DNA of 64,000 nt from Thermoplasmata archaeon. Its GTDB lineage: Archaea > Thermoplasmatota > Thermoplasmata > Thermoplasmatales > Thermoplasmataceae. The DNA lies in contig JAJZXS010000041.1 of NCBI GenBank assembly GCA_021806295.1, positions 1,406 to 65,405 on the forward strand. Reading direction: 5' to 3'. The position numbers and the translations under genes are program-made. The notes under the pieces are model-generated. The model saw nothing but the letters and a program-made list of their open reading frames with translations. It had not been told where the DNA came from and ran no database searches. Below are positions 1 to 8,909 of this stretch, one piece after another (within the stretch, counting starts at the first letter, position 1; each line of letters starts with the position of its first letter).

Positions 1-132
1 GATTATACCGCGGCAGAAAGTGAAATACTCATGAATATGCTCGGAAGAATCGTTGCAAGGTCCAATATCACAGAATCAGAATTCTTTAAAATTATGGGAA
101 TACTGCGGCAAACCATTAATAGGCTTAAATAA
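1..132 (+). CDS. 3' end (43 codons) of a gene that starts upstream of the window; function not assignable
   Basis: Frame 1 is open from base 1 to TAA at 130-132 (DYTAAESEILMNMLGRIVARSNITESEFFKIMGILRQTINRLK*). It is absent from the ORF track because no start lies in the window. Confidence 0.4.
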   Translation, partial: DYTAAESEILMNMLGRIVARSNITESEFFKIMGILRQTINRLK

Positions 133-172
133 AAAATTCGGCAAACTTTATGATTATATATAGCATATAGCT

Positions 173-1525
173 TTGATAAAGATGATTTCTGTCCACAGAA
201 GAGTAGACGAAATACCGGTCAGCCCATTTTTGCTGAAAATTACATTTCTATCATCCATGGGAATTTTTATGGATGGCTATGTCCTCTCAATATACTCAAT
301 TGCAATACTTTACATGCGGGATTACTTTCACCTATTTTCGGGCACTCCATTTTATGTATATTACATAGCCCTGATGGGTTCATCTCTTTTTATAGGAATG
401 TTTTTCGGGAGCATAATTCTCGGCAATCTTTCAGATAGATATGGAAGGAAAAAGATATATGAATATGACTTAATAATAACCATGGTATTTCTCATACTCA
501 CCGGGATTTCTACAAATATTTTAGAATTTATTATTTTCGAAGTCCTCGCAGGCGTGGGGATCGGTGCGGACTACCCCATAAGCTCCTCAATACAGGCAGA
601 ATTTTCACCAAAAAATAAAAGGGGTAAATTCCTTGTATTCAACATATTTTCGTGGACAATCGGCGGCGTTGTCCTCCTGCTTGTTGCCATCCCTGTAATA
701 ATGTATATTCCTGTAACATTTAACTGGAGAATCCTTTACCTCACCGGTGCTGTGATTCCATTTTTTGTCATACTGTCCAGGAGGAACCTTCCGGAGAGTC
801 CTTTCTGGCTTACTGGTAAGGGAAGAGATTCTGAGGCGCTTGAATCCTCAAACTATCTGGGCAAATCTGCCGGTGTGGAGGTAAACGAACTGCCATCCGT
901 GGAAAAGGGTAATTCAAGGGTAAGAGACCTGTTTTCTAAAAAATATCTGTACTATACCATATTTGTCTCGGTGGCCTGGTTTTCATACGATGTTTCCAGC
1001 TACGGCGTATGGGAATACACTCCCTCTGCATTCGCTTACAGTAACTCAAACATAATTATGGTTGTGCTGGCAACGCTCCTTGAAGAGCTTCCTGTATTCA
1101 TAGGATTTCTTATCTGTATGTACTATGTAGAGAAGACCGGAAGAAAAAGTCTTGAACTCATAGGTTTCGGAGGGGCGGCATTATCTCTGGCCATATTTGC
1201 TATGGTTTCAAATTTCATAGCCCTGGGAATTCTCCTCACATTCTTCTCATTTGCCACCATGCATCTTTTCCACAATATGGGCCCGACAAACCTCACATAT
1301 GATTATCCTGTTGAGATTTTTCCAACGAGAATCAGGGGCACTGCCATGGGATTTGCAACATCTGTATCCAGAATAGGTGCCATAGTGGGAACCATAGCAT
1401 TTCCATTGATTCTTTTCACGTTGCCATTCACCTATGTTCTGATATTTCTCGTAGTGTTTGAAATAATAGGGTTTTCAATAACATATATACTGGCACCAGA
1501 GCCCAGGAATAAGGCACTGACATGA
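173..1525 (+). CDS. MFS transporter (sugar-porter/metabolite:H+ symporter-like)
   Basis: 450 aa with about 12 hydrophobic segments. MFS loop motifs are present (GNLSDRYGRKK after TM2, PESPFWL after TM6, EKTGRK in the second half). Position 173 is a TTG; ATG at 182 is an alternative start. Confidence 0.8.
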   Translation: MIKMISVHRRVDEIPVSPFLLKITFLSSMGIFMDGYVLSIYSIAILYMRDYFHLFSGTPFYVYYIALMGSSLFIGMFFGSIILGNLSDRYGRKKIYEYDLIITMVFLILTGISTNILEFIIFEVLAGVGIGADYPISSSIQAEFSPKNKRGKFLVFNIFSWTIGGVVLLLVAIPVIMYIPVTFNWRILYLTGAVIPFFVILSRRNLPESPFWLTGKGRDSEALESSNYLGKSAGVEVNELPSVEKGNSRVRDLFSKKYLYYTIFVSVAWFSYDVSSYGVWEYTPSAFAYSNSNIIMVVLATLLEELPVFIGFLICMYYVEKTGRKSLELIGFGGAALSLAIFAMVSNFIALGILLTFFSFATMHLFHNMGPTNLTYDYPVEIFPTRIRGTAMGFATSVSRIGAIVGTIAFPLILFTLPFTYVLIFLVVFEIIGFSITYILAPEPRNKALT

Positions 1526-1702
1526 AAAATATGTCAATTCCAAACCATTTGAATTTGTGAATGAAAAAGATATGCGAAATAATAGATATAATTAAAATGG
1601 TAGATCCTAGAATCCTCTGGGCCCTATCTATTATTTGTTATTTATATAATCTTCATGGGTCTTTTATAAATAGATTTATTAATTAATTATCAATACACTA
1701 AT

Positions 1703-2071
1703 ATGTCGGTCAAAGTAGAGAGAAAGACAAGCGTCTATTTAATAGACGTGATAAATAGCCTGCTTGAAAGATCGAGGGAAAACCAGAGTATATTCTGGCG
1801 CGATATTGCCTCTCGATTGAATTCTTCAAGAAACCATTATGCAAATGTTAACCTGGGTAAACTTGACAGGTTTGTTTCTGAAGGAGAAACCGTTGTAATA
1901 CCAGGCAATTTATTATCATCTGGTATTCTGCATAAAAAAATAAGGATAGCTGCACTAAAGGCCAGTGAAAAAGCAAAACTTAAGCTTGCAGAATCAGGCA
2001 GTGAGTTTATAGAGTTAACGGAACTTGCAAAGGAAAATCCCAAGGGAACAGATTTAAAAATTATAAAGTGA
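1703..2071 (+). CDS. rpl18e: 50S ribosomal protein L18e
   Basis: 122 aa, basic. It is the first gene of the conserved archaeal L18e-L13-S9-RpoN order, and its stop overlaps the next start. Confidence 0.85.
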   Translation: MSVKVERKTSVYLIDVINSLLERSRENQSIFWRDIASRLNSSRNHYANVNLGKLDRFVSEGETVVIPGNLLSSGILHKKIRIAALKASEKAKLKLAESGSEFIELTELAKENPKGTDLKIIK

Positions 2072-2490
2072 TGAAAATGATGTATATAGATGGGGATAAT
2101 CATATTTATGGAAGGCTTTCCGCATATGTTGCCAAACAGCTTCTGTCCGGGGAAGAGGTTGTTATAGTAAATGCATCAAAAATTGCCATTACCGGAAGCA
2201 GAAAATTCATTCTGGACAAATTCAACCATAGAAGAAACATAGGCAGTGTAAGAAAAGGTCCATACTATCCGAGAACTCCTGATCAGATAATGAGGAGATC
2301 TATAGGAGAAATGCTGCCCATAAAGAAAACAAAGGGTCTGGAGGCACTGAAAAGATGCAAGGTATACAGTGGGATACCGGGTTCTTTGAAGGATGTGGAA
2401 TTTATCAAAATCGATAAGGCTATGAATATAAACGCAACGGGTTTCATAACCTTAGGAGATATTTCAAAAATACTGGGTGAGAATCAATGA
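2068..2490 (+). CDS. rpl13: 50S ribosomal protein L13
   Basis: 140 aa with the typical L13 N-terminus (IDGDNHIYGRLSAYVAKQLL...VVIVNA). The GTG/ATG start overlaps the L18e stop. Confidence 0.9.
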   Translation: MMKMMYIDGDNHIYGRLSAYVAKQLLSGEEVVIVNASKIAITGSRKFILDKFNHRRNIGSVRKGPYYPRTPDQIMRRSIGEMLPIKKTKGLEALKRCKVYSGIPGSLKDVEFIKIDKAMNINATGFITLGDISKILGENQ

Positions 2491-2891
2491 GCGACGAAAT
2501 ACTTACAATAGGAAAAAGAAAAACTGCCACTGCAAGGGCAGTAACACGCAAGGGCACCGGCAGGGTCCTGATTAATGGCAGGCCGGTGGAACTGTACCCG
2601 ATAGATCTTCTGAGGAATAAGCTCATGGAGCCTCTGAAGATATTGGGGGACAGGGCAAATGAAATAGATATTGAAATAAAGGTCGAAGGCGGTGGTAATA
2701 CAGGTCAGACCGATGCTTCCAGAACTGCCATGGCCAAGGGAATAGTGAAATATTTCTCTGACGACCACGAACTGGAAAATACAATCAGGACATATGACAG
2801 AACCATGCTGGTTAACGACATAAGAAGAAAGATGCCGAAGAAACCTATGGGTTCGGGAGCACGTGCCAAGAGGCAGAAATCCTACAGGTGA
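2487..2891 (+). CDS. rps9: 30S ribosomal protein S9
   Basis: 134 aa with GKRKTATARA near the N-terminus and a C-terminal basic ...KRQKSYR tail. ATGA overlap with rpl13. Confidence 0.92.
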   Translation: MSDEILTIGKRKTATARAVTRKGTGRVLINGRPVELYPIDLLRNKLMEPLKILGDRANEIDIEIKVEGGGNTGQTDASRTAMAKGIVKYFSDDHELENTIRTYDRTMLVNDIRRKMPKKPMGSGARAKRQKSYR

Positions 2892-2895
2892 TATC

Positions 2896-3117
2896 ATGAT
2901 AATACCGGTAAGATGTTTCAGCTGTGGAAAGGTAGTGGGGTCTGATTACGTTAGATTCGTGGAAGAATCAAAGAAGATCAGGAAAGATACCGGCCACGAT
3001 CCAACAGGTGAGGAAAAATCCAGAATTCTGGACAACCTCGGTGTTGAGAGATACTGCTGCAGGAGAATGATACTTTCAAACGCGGATCTTCTTGGGGAAG
3101 TAATCTCGTACTCATAA
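2896..3117 (+). CDS. rpoN: DNA-directed RNA polymerase subunit N (Rpo10)
   Basis: MIIPVRCFSCGKVVG...RYCCRRM zinc-binding signature. I trimmed the tracked ORF (2863) to the in-frame ATG at 2896, which gives a normal ~73 aa protein. Confidence 0.9.
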   Translation: MIIPVRCFSCGKVVGSDYVRFVEESKKIRKDTGHDPTGEEKSRILDNLGVERYCCRRMILSNADLLGEVISYS

Positions 3118-3208
3118 ACCCTAAAAAATATATTTATGAAGCATGTATTAATTTTATTAAATAATGCTTATTGAAAATTTTATATCCTATCTTGGTATTC
3201 ATAAAAAA

Positions 3209-3281
3209 GGGACCGTGGGGTAGCTTGGTATCCTACCAGCTTGGGGTGTTGGTGACTCCGATTCAAATTCGGACGGTCCCA
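3209..3281 (+). tRNA. tRNA-Pro (anticodon GGG)
   Basis: Hand-folded cloverleaf. Acceptor GGGACCG/CGGTCCC, T arm TCCGA-TTCAAAT-TCGGA, anticodon stem CCAGC/GTTGG with loop TTGGGGT. No encoded CCA. Confidence 0.85.
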
Positions 3282-3566
3282 TTTATCTCGAATTTCCTGG
3301 ATTTGGTTTCTATTGCTATAAACATATGCTATAAATAACGCCATTTCAGATTTTATAAACTTGCTTACCATTCTTGAATGAAATATAGAAGCCATGGATG
3401 TGTGACATCCTCCCATAGCTGACGCAGGGGGCCTCCCGCTTAGGAGTTAAATAATGTTCAAAACAGTAATGGTATCAAAAAAGCAATAATTTCAGGTATT
3501 ATAGCATATTTTTTATTGTACAATAAATTAATCTTCTAATATAAATAAAAAATATATTATGAAAAT

Positions 3567-4931
3567 TTATTGAGCTATGGTTTCCACCTGTTCCCTAGAG
3601 CTTCTTGGCCCAAATGCCCAGATATCAACGACAACTATGGCTATGAATACCCATATTATACCGAAGCTTGCAAGAACTCCATGTGGCAGGAATACATCAA
3701 CTATAAGCAGTGTAAGTATCGCAGTGGATACCCTGCTTACAGCATAGACAGTTCCGGCTGCTGTAGGTCTTATTCTGGTAGGGAATATTTCGGCCTGGTA
3801 TGCATGGAAGAAGTTGGAGAAGTTCCACAGTATGAATGTTGTTATGAACCCAAATATTACTATCAGATATACATTGTCCACAACAGCAAATGCAGTTCCG
3901 AATATTCCCGCTAGCACAGCTGTGCCTATTATACCCCATTTTCTTTCTACCTTATCTATTATGAATAGATTGAACACAGATCCGAAGAAGAATCCGGCAT
4001 ATATCAAAAATGTGAATTCTAGTGTTTTCGGAAGGTCAAATCCCTTTTCAATAAGGAATAATGGTGATAGTGCGGTGAATCCGTAGAATATCCCGGACTG
4101 GAAGAACTGGAAGATAAGCATCATTATTGTCTTCTTTCTGACATCAGGCTTGAATATATCCTCGTATTTGCTTTTGTTTTCCTCTATTGGTGTATTATGC
4201 TCCAGGGGAGGCAGCTCTTTCAGGTTCTTTGCCTTCATGGTCCTCTGCTCCCAGTCTGTTGTTATTGAATCTGCCTTTTTATAATCGCCGTGGACTTCAA
4301 GCCATCTTGGCGATTCTTTTAACCTTGTCCTCACAGCCCATATTGCGAATCCTACAACTGCCATGAACCAGAAAAGTATTCTCCAGGAATAATAAACTGG
4401 AGCAACCTTCTGCGTTGCAAAGGTGAGAACTGCTATTACAAATCCTGCTGTCACAGCTATAGTATAAACCCAGGCCAGCCTGTTTCCCCTGACCTTTCCC
4501 GGCATCATTTCTGTTGTGAATGAATCCACTAGTGGGAATTCCCCGCCAACACCTATGCCTCCTATAAATACAAATATAGCTATCAGAATAGGGATAGACA
4601 TAAAACCTGCAATCAGCATTCCCACTGAGAATACTAATAAATTATACAGGAAAACAAATTTCCTGCCACGCCTGTCCGCCAGCCATCCAAAAAAAGCACT
4701 TCCAAAAAATTCACCAAGAAAGAAAGCCGTGGTTATTATTGTGGCACCCAGGCTGTCTGATATCCCAAGCACTGATACAACAAGTGCCAGTATGGCACCA
4801 TTGCCCAGAAGCATGAGCGTCTCAGCCCATTCACCACCCGCAACCATGAGAAGAAAATCTCTCTGCACCGAACTGAATGGAAGGCGTTCTAGCCTGTCCG
4901 AAACACTACCCTTATAAGGTTTATTTTGCAT
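3567..4931 (-). CDS. MFS transporter
   Basis: 454 aa, polytopic. Motifs GWLADRRGRK and ESPRWL are present. It lies co-directionally upstream of the CoA-transferase/lyase pair. Confidence 0.8.
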   Translation of the reverse strand: MQNKPYKGSVSDRLERLPFSSVQRDFLLMVAGGEWAETLMLLGNGAILALVVSVLGISDSLGATIITTAFFLGEFFGSAFFGWLADRRGRKFVFLYNLLVFSVGMLIAGFMSIPILIAIFVFIGGIGVGGEFPLVDSFTTEMMPGKVRGNRLAWVYTIAVTAGFVIAVLTFATQKVAPVYYSWRILFWFMAVVGFAIWAVRTRLKESPRWLEVHGDYKKADSITTDWEQRTMKAKNLKELPPLEHNTPIEENKSKYEDIFKPDVRKKTIMMLIFQFFQSGIFYGFTALSPLFLIEKGFDLPKTLEFTFLIYAGFFFGSVFNLFIIDKVERKWGIIGTAVLAGIFGTAFAVVDNVYLIVIFGFITTFILWNFSNFFHAYQAEIFPTRIRPTAAGTVYAVSRVSTAILTLLIVDVFLPHGVLASFGIIWVFIAIVVVDIWAFGPRSSREQVETIAQ

Positions 4932-4988
4932 AAAAATGCATCAGATATGTATATATAAAGTAGTATTATAATATGTTAGAGTTTTTCA

Positions 4989-6107
4989 TTATATAACCAT
5001 TTCTTCCTTAAACGCCCTTATCTGATCGTCTGTGTAACCAGCTTCCAATAAAACTGATTGTGTATCCATGCCCAGATCTGGGGCCGCATGTTTTGTGGAT
5101 TCAGCAAATGGCATTCCAGGAATTTTATAATCCTTACCTAGGTATGCCGTATTTATAAGATATTTTTCTGCATGAATATCATGAAGGAGATCCCATGGTC
5201 GGTTCAGAACCCCGTAACTGATATTATAAGCATTAAGCTTTTCCTTTATTGTATTATAATCTAAAGAAAGCAATACCCTTTGAATTTCAGGAATAAGCGT
5301 GTCCCTATGTGCATACCTCCCTGCATTCGTTGCCATTTCCGGGTTATCGATAAAATTTTTCATTTCAAAAGCCTGACAGAAATCTTTCCACTGGTCATCC
5401 GTTGCAACGGCAATGAAAATTTTTTTGTTGTCTGCTGACAAAAAGTAATCATAAACTCCCCAGGCAAAATTTTTCTCATTGATCGGTGGCAAATCTTTAT
5501 TTTCAATCTGGTATGTGGCAATATGCTGCCCTGCAAGGAACATTGCGGTCTCAAACAGGCCTATCTCTATAAAGCCAGATCTATTTTCAGAGATAAACTG
5601 AAGTATTCTGGAAACCCCTATGATGGCAGCAGCCATATCAACAACAGAAGCTCCCATTCTCATTGGTTTCCCATTTATGCCGGTCATATATGCAAGTCCC
5701 GATTCTATCTCTATTGGGTAATCCAGGGATTTCCTTCCATGGTACGGTCCCTGCATGTATCCTTTTAATGATAAATAAATTATATCTGGATTGATTTTTT
5801 TGCACTCATCAAAGGAAAATCCAAGCCTATCCATGGTACCGGGGGCCATATTTTCAATAATTATAGAAGAATTTTTTATGAGATTTCTGAGAATATCCCT
5901 GCCATGTTCTTTTCCTATATCCAGTGATACGCTCTTCTTATCCCTATTGTAGTACAGAAAGGTCCCGGCACTTGTACCATTCAGGTTTCTGGATACGTCT
6001 CCGGTTCCTGGCCTCTCTATTTTGATTATCTCATAACCCATATCTGCAAGTATAAGTCCCGCAGTGGGTCCTGCAACGATCTGGCCTATCTCCAATACAC
6101 GTTTCAT
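4989..6107 (-). CDS. Family III CoA-transferase (CaiB/BaiF/Frc-like)
   Basis: 372 aa. The N-terminal signature VLEIGQIVAGPTAGLILADMGYEIIKIERPGTGD is typical of type III CoA-transferases. Confidence 0.8.
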   Translation of the reverse strand: MKRVLEIGQIVAGPTAGLILADMGYEIIKIERPGTGDVSRNLNGTSAGTFLYYNRDKKSVSLDIGKEHGRDILRNLIKNSSIIIENMAPGTMDRLGFSFDECKKINPDIIYLSLKGYMQGPYHGRKSLDYPIEIESGLAYMTGINGKPMRMGASVVDMAAAIIGVSRILQFISENRSGFIEIGLFETAMFLAGQHIATYQIENKDLPPINEKNFAWGVYDYFLSADNKKIFIAVATDDQWKDFCQAFEMKNFIDNPEMATNAGRYAHRDTLIPEIQRVLLSLDYNTIKEKLNAYNISYGVLNRPWDLLHDIHAEKYLINTAYLGKDYKIPGMPFAESTKHAAPDLGMDTQSVLLEAGYTDDQIRAFKEEMVI

Positions 6108-7141
6108 TCAATTTCACCTGCAATTTTAATTATATCATTTACAGTAAGTACCTCGCCTCTGCTAGCAGATTCATCCTTAACTAGGGACACAATACGATCC
6201 AGATTTCTATCATCACAATTGATCCCATTTTTATTCAGTATTTCCATAATCATTTTTTTACCTGTGTAAACATTTACTGAATAATTTTTTTCTTCAAAAA
6301 CAGACCCATAGGCGACATGCGTGCCTGCCGTCTGTATCTCAGAATTATTTCCAAATAATGGCATGTTGTCTGTAAAGAATTTTGACCCTATCTTTTTCAG
6401 TATTAAACTGTACATATAATTGTATGCAACTTTCAACCTGTCAAAATTTATCCCCTTCTCAATGCCGTTTCTGGCAAGATAGTCTGAAACAGTTATGCTA
6501 TCCGCTATACCATTTCTTTCTCCTGTCCCAAAGATTGTTGTATCAGTATAATCGCATCCTGCCATGATGGCAGATACAGTATTGGCAACCGCCATGCCAT
6601 GATCATTATGGCAGTGCGCTTCAATTTTTATTTCCGTTTCAATTTTTACAGATTTGATAATGCTCCAGATTTTACCGGGGTCCAGTTTCCCTCTCGTATC
6701 AGGCAGCTGGACAACATCAACCCCGGCATTTCCCATTTTTTTGCAGAATTTTACAATTTCACTTACATTAAACATGTCAATGTCCACAAATCCAATTTCG
6801 ATAAGCCTGCCCTTTGAGCATGCATATTTTATATTTTCTAAAATTGATTCCATGTTGTCAATCTTGAATGGCAGATGCAGGGATATATTTGCTCCGGTTT
6901 CATATATAAGATCTATATCCTGTTTTAACGTCCTTCCCAGTGCGAAAGTCTCTGAAAAATAGCCTTTATCTACTATGCTGCAGGTAACATCAAATTCAGA
7001 TCTGTGCGCCGGAGGATAGGATACCAGTGCCCTTTTTATTCCTGATTCTGAAATAAGCCGTGCCAGTTCAATCTTTTCGGAAGTTGAAAATGAAAATCCG
7101 GGTGTTTGCATGCCTTCCCGCAAAGTATCATCTGTAATCAT
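6104..7141 (-). CDS. DRE-TIM metallolyase (HMGL-like; short 2-isopropylmalate/citramalate/homocitrate synthase-type catalytic domain without a regulatory domain)
   Basis: 345 aa with DDTLREGMQ at the N-terminus and AHCHNDHGMAVANTVSAIMAGCDY...FGTGERNG. ATGA overlap with the downstream CoA-transferase. Confidence 0.7.
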   Translation of the reverse strand: MITDDTLREGMQTPGFSFSTSEKIELARLISESGIKRALVSYPPAHRSEFDVTCSIVDKGYFSETFALGRTLKQDIDLIYETGANISLHLPFKIDNMESILENIKYACSKGRLIEIGFVDIDMFNVSEIVKFCKKMGNAGVDVVQLPDTRGKLDPGKIWSIIKSVKIETEIKIEAHCHNDHGMAVANTVSAIMAGCDYTDTTIFGTGERNGIADSITVSDYLARNGIEKGINFDRLKVAYNYMYSLILKKIGSKFFTDNMPLFGNNSEIQTAGTHVAYGSVFEEKNYSVNVYTGKKMIMEILNKNGINCDDRNLDRIVSLVKDESASRGEVLTVNDIIKIAGEIE

Positions 7142-7273
7142 AAAAATACAATTATTAAGTGATATATAATGCCATAATATAATCTGTTAAATTTTTCAGC
7201 AAATGCATATATCTTCGGCAATAAATATATGGGCATTTCATTAAATTTATATATATGCAAACGCTAGGTTAAT

Positions 7274-7918
7274 ATGTATTTCCTGACCTTACATGTAGAT
7301 GGCGACTGCAGTCTTTCAAAATCTACAGACAACAACCAGTCAAAAATAATAATATCAAACATTTATAATATATACAACGGCCAGAATTCCCTGATTGCAT
7401 ATTCTATCGGAAGCACCATAATGGATAACCATGGAATGGATTTCAAGGAAATACATTTTCTTAAGGGCAAGCATGTCAATATGTTTACAGGGACAAAAAC
7501 AGGGCATAACATAATGCAGTCAATATTTGAAACAGGTGGAGTGCCTATGTATCCCTTTATTGCCATGAATGGTGGTGAGAGCTATTTTATCATACATACC
7601 AACCGTGAATCTATGATGAATAATATACATAGTATAGAAAAACACAATAGATTAAAATTTTATGATTATATAAAAATTGATTCGGGCGATGGAATAATGG
7701 ACATATCGAGGCGGTTGAACAGGGAAATAAACTTTTTTGATCTTACCGAAACTGAAAAAAAAGTTATACACGAAGCCATGAATGCCGGTTATCTTGACTG
7801 GCCCCGATCAATAACACTTGATGAGCTGGCAGAAAAGTTTGCTATCTCAAAACCAACAGTTTTGTTTCATATTCGAAATGCAGAAAGGAAAATTCTGTCC
7901 TGCTTTATTTCGAAATAA
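7274..7918 (+). CDS. HTH_10 (Bat-type) DNA-binding regulator with an uncharacterised N-terminal domain
   Basis: The C-terminal LTETEKKVIHEAMNAGYLDWPRSITLDELAEKFAISKPTVLFHIRNAERKI matches the archaeal HTH_10 pattern. It is divergent from the lyase operon. Confidence 0.7.
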   Translation: MYFLTLHVDGDCSLSKSTDNNQSKIIISNIYNIYNGQNSLIAYSIGSTIMDNHGMDFKEIHFLKGKHVNMFTGTKTGHNIMQSIFETGGVPMYPFIAMNGGESYFIIHTNRESMMNNIHSIEKHNRLKFYDYIKIDSGDGIMDISRRLNREINFFDLTETEKKVIHEAMNAGYLDWPRSITLDELAEKFAISKPTVLFHIRNAERKILSCFISK

Positions 7919-7920
7919 AT

Positions 7921-8694
7921 TTACCTTCTTTTACGGTCTAAACGTCCATGTATATAGCCCCTGAGTCCATAAAAATTTCTAACCATATAAATCGGGGAAA
8001 ACAGTTCTTTTGCCGTTAGGCTGTGTTTGAAATCTATCTTATTGCTGTACTTCTGTTTAAGCTGCCAGCGGCCATATCCATTCCAGTATGCCTGCTTTCT
8101 GAAATCCCTGAAAGTTTCCCTGGTTTTTGTGTAAACTATGCAATTTTTGCATACAGCATGTCTTGCACCCTGGCTTATTGCCCTTATGTTCAGGTCTATG
8201 TCCTCGGCAGTAACGAAATGGCTATCAAATCCACCTATTTTATTGAATAAATCCTTAGAATACATTAGATTTGATGATGGCAGGGTAACATCAAATCCCC
8301 TATAAAAGAGCTTAAATCTCTCCATGGAGTAGTTCATGTTCCCGGTGTTCTTGGTAATCCCGGCCACAACATCATAATTATCTGTATATACCCTTAGATT
8401 CCTTATCCAGTTTTCTCCTGCTATGGCATCCCCGTCAATAAACGCAATATAATTATATTTTGATTTCGAAACGCCGTAGTTCCTTCCGGCACCTCTGGTT
8501 GTCCTTTCCCGGTAATATTTTATAAAATCATATTTTGCTGAGTATTCATTCATAATATCCTGGGTTTTATCAAAGCTCATAGAGTCAACTACTATGACCT
8601 CAAATGGCTGCTCCTGGGGTATCAATGATACCATTAAATCCCTGATATTTTTCTCCTCGTTGAGAACTGTGACAACTATTGAAATGCCTTCCAT
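7921..8694 (-). CDS. Family 2 glycosyltransferase
   Basis: 257 aa. ISIVVTVLNEE...VVDSMSFDKT...DGDA motifs fit a GT-A fold with DxD. Confidence 0.8.
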   Translation of the reverse strand: MEGISIVVTVLNEEKNIRDLMVSLIPQEQPFEVIVVDSMSFDKTQDIMNEYSAKYDFIKYYRERTTRGAGRNYGVSKSKYNYIAFIDGDAIAGENWIRNLRVYTDNYDVVAGITKNTGNMNYSMERFKLFYRGFDVTLPSSNLMYSKDLFNKIGGFDSHFVTAEDIDLNIRAISQGARHAVCKNCIVYTKTRETFRDFRKQAYWNGYGRWQLKQKYSNKIDFKHSLTAKELFSPIYMVRNFYGLRGYIHGRLDRKRR

Positions 8695-8701
8695 TTAACT
8701 T

Positions 8702-8887
8702 TTACCAGTCCATTCTCTGGGTTTCTCTTTCCTTTTTTGTATTCTTTTTATATTCCTTGTAATGGGCCTTGCATAAATGCACCTTGGTTTTTTCCTCTTT
8801 TAATGAGAATACCTTCCCGGCAAGGTCGGCCGGAACCGTTTGAAAACTTTTTTCATTGCATCCAGTAACATCGCATATTTTTTCCAT
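8702..8887 (-). CDS. Small Cys/His protein (C-x4-C ... C-x2-H), hypothetical
   Basis: I trimmed the tracked ORF (to 8950) to the MEKICDVTGCNEKS... start because the longer form overlaps the upstream gene. 61 aa with a basic C-terminus. Confidence 0.4.
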   Translation of the reverse strand: MEKICDVTGCNEKSFQTVPADLAGKVFSLKEEKTKVHLCKAHYKEYKKNTKKERETQRMDW

Positions 8888-8909
8888 ATAATGACAATAT
8901 AATATGTGT

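Noticed and set aside
3180-3416. 78-aa minus-strand ORF
   Set aside because: It overlaps tRNA-Pro on the opposite strand. It has no RBS or family signal and looks spurious.
3374-3424. Possible C/D box sRNA (TGAATGA ... CTGA)
   Set aside because: The putative C box deviates from RUGAUGA, and no convincing D' and C' boxes occur at the right spacing. The region is kept only as an unclassified structured-RNA candidate.
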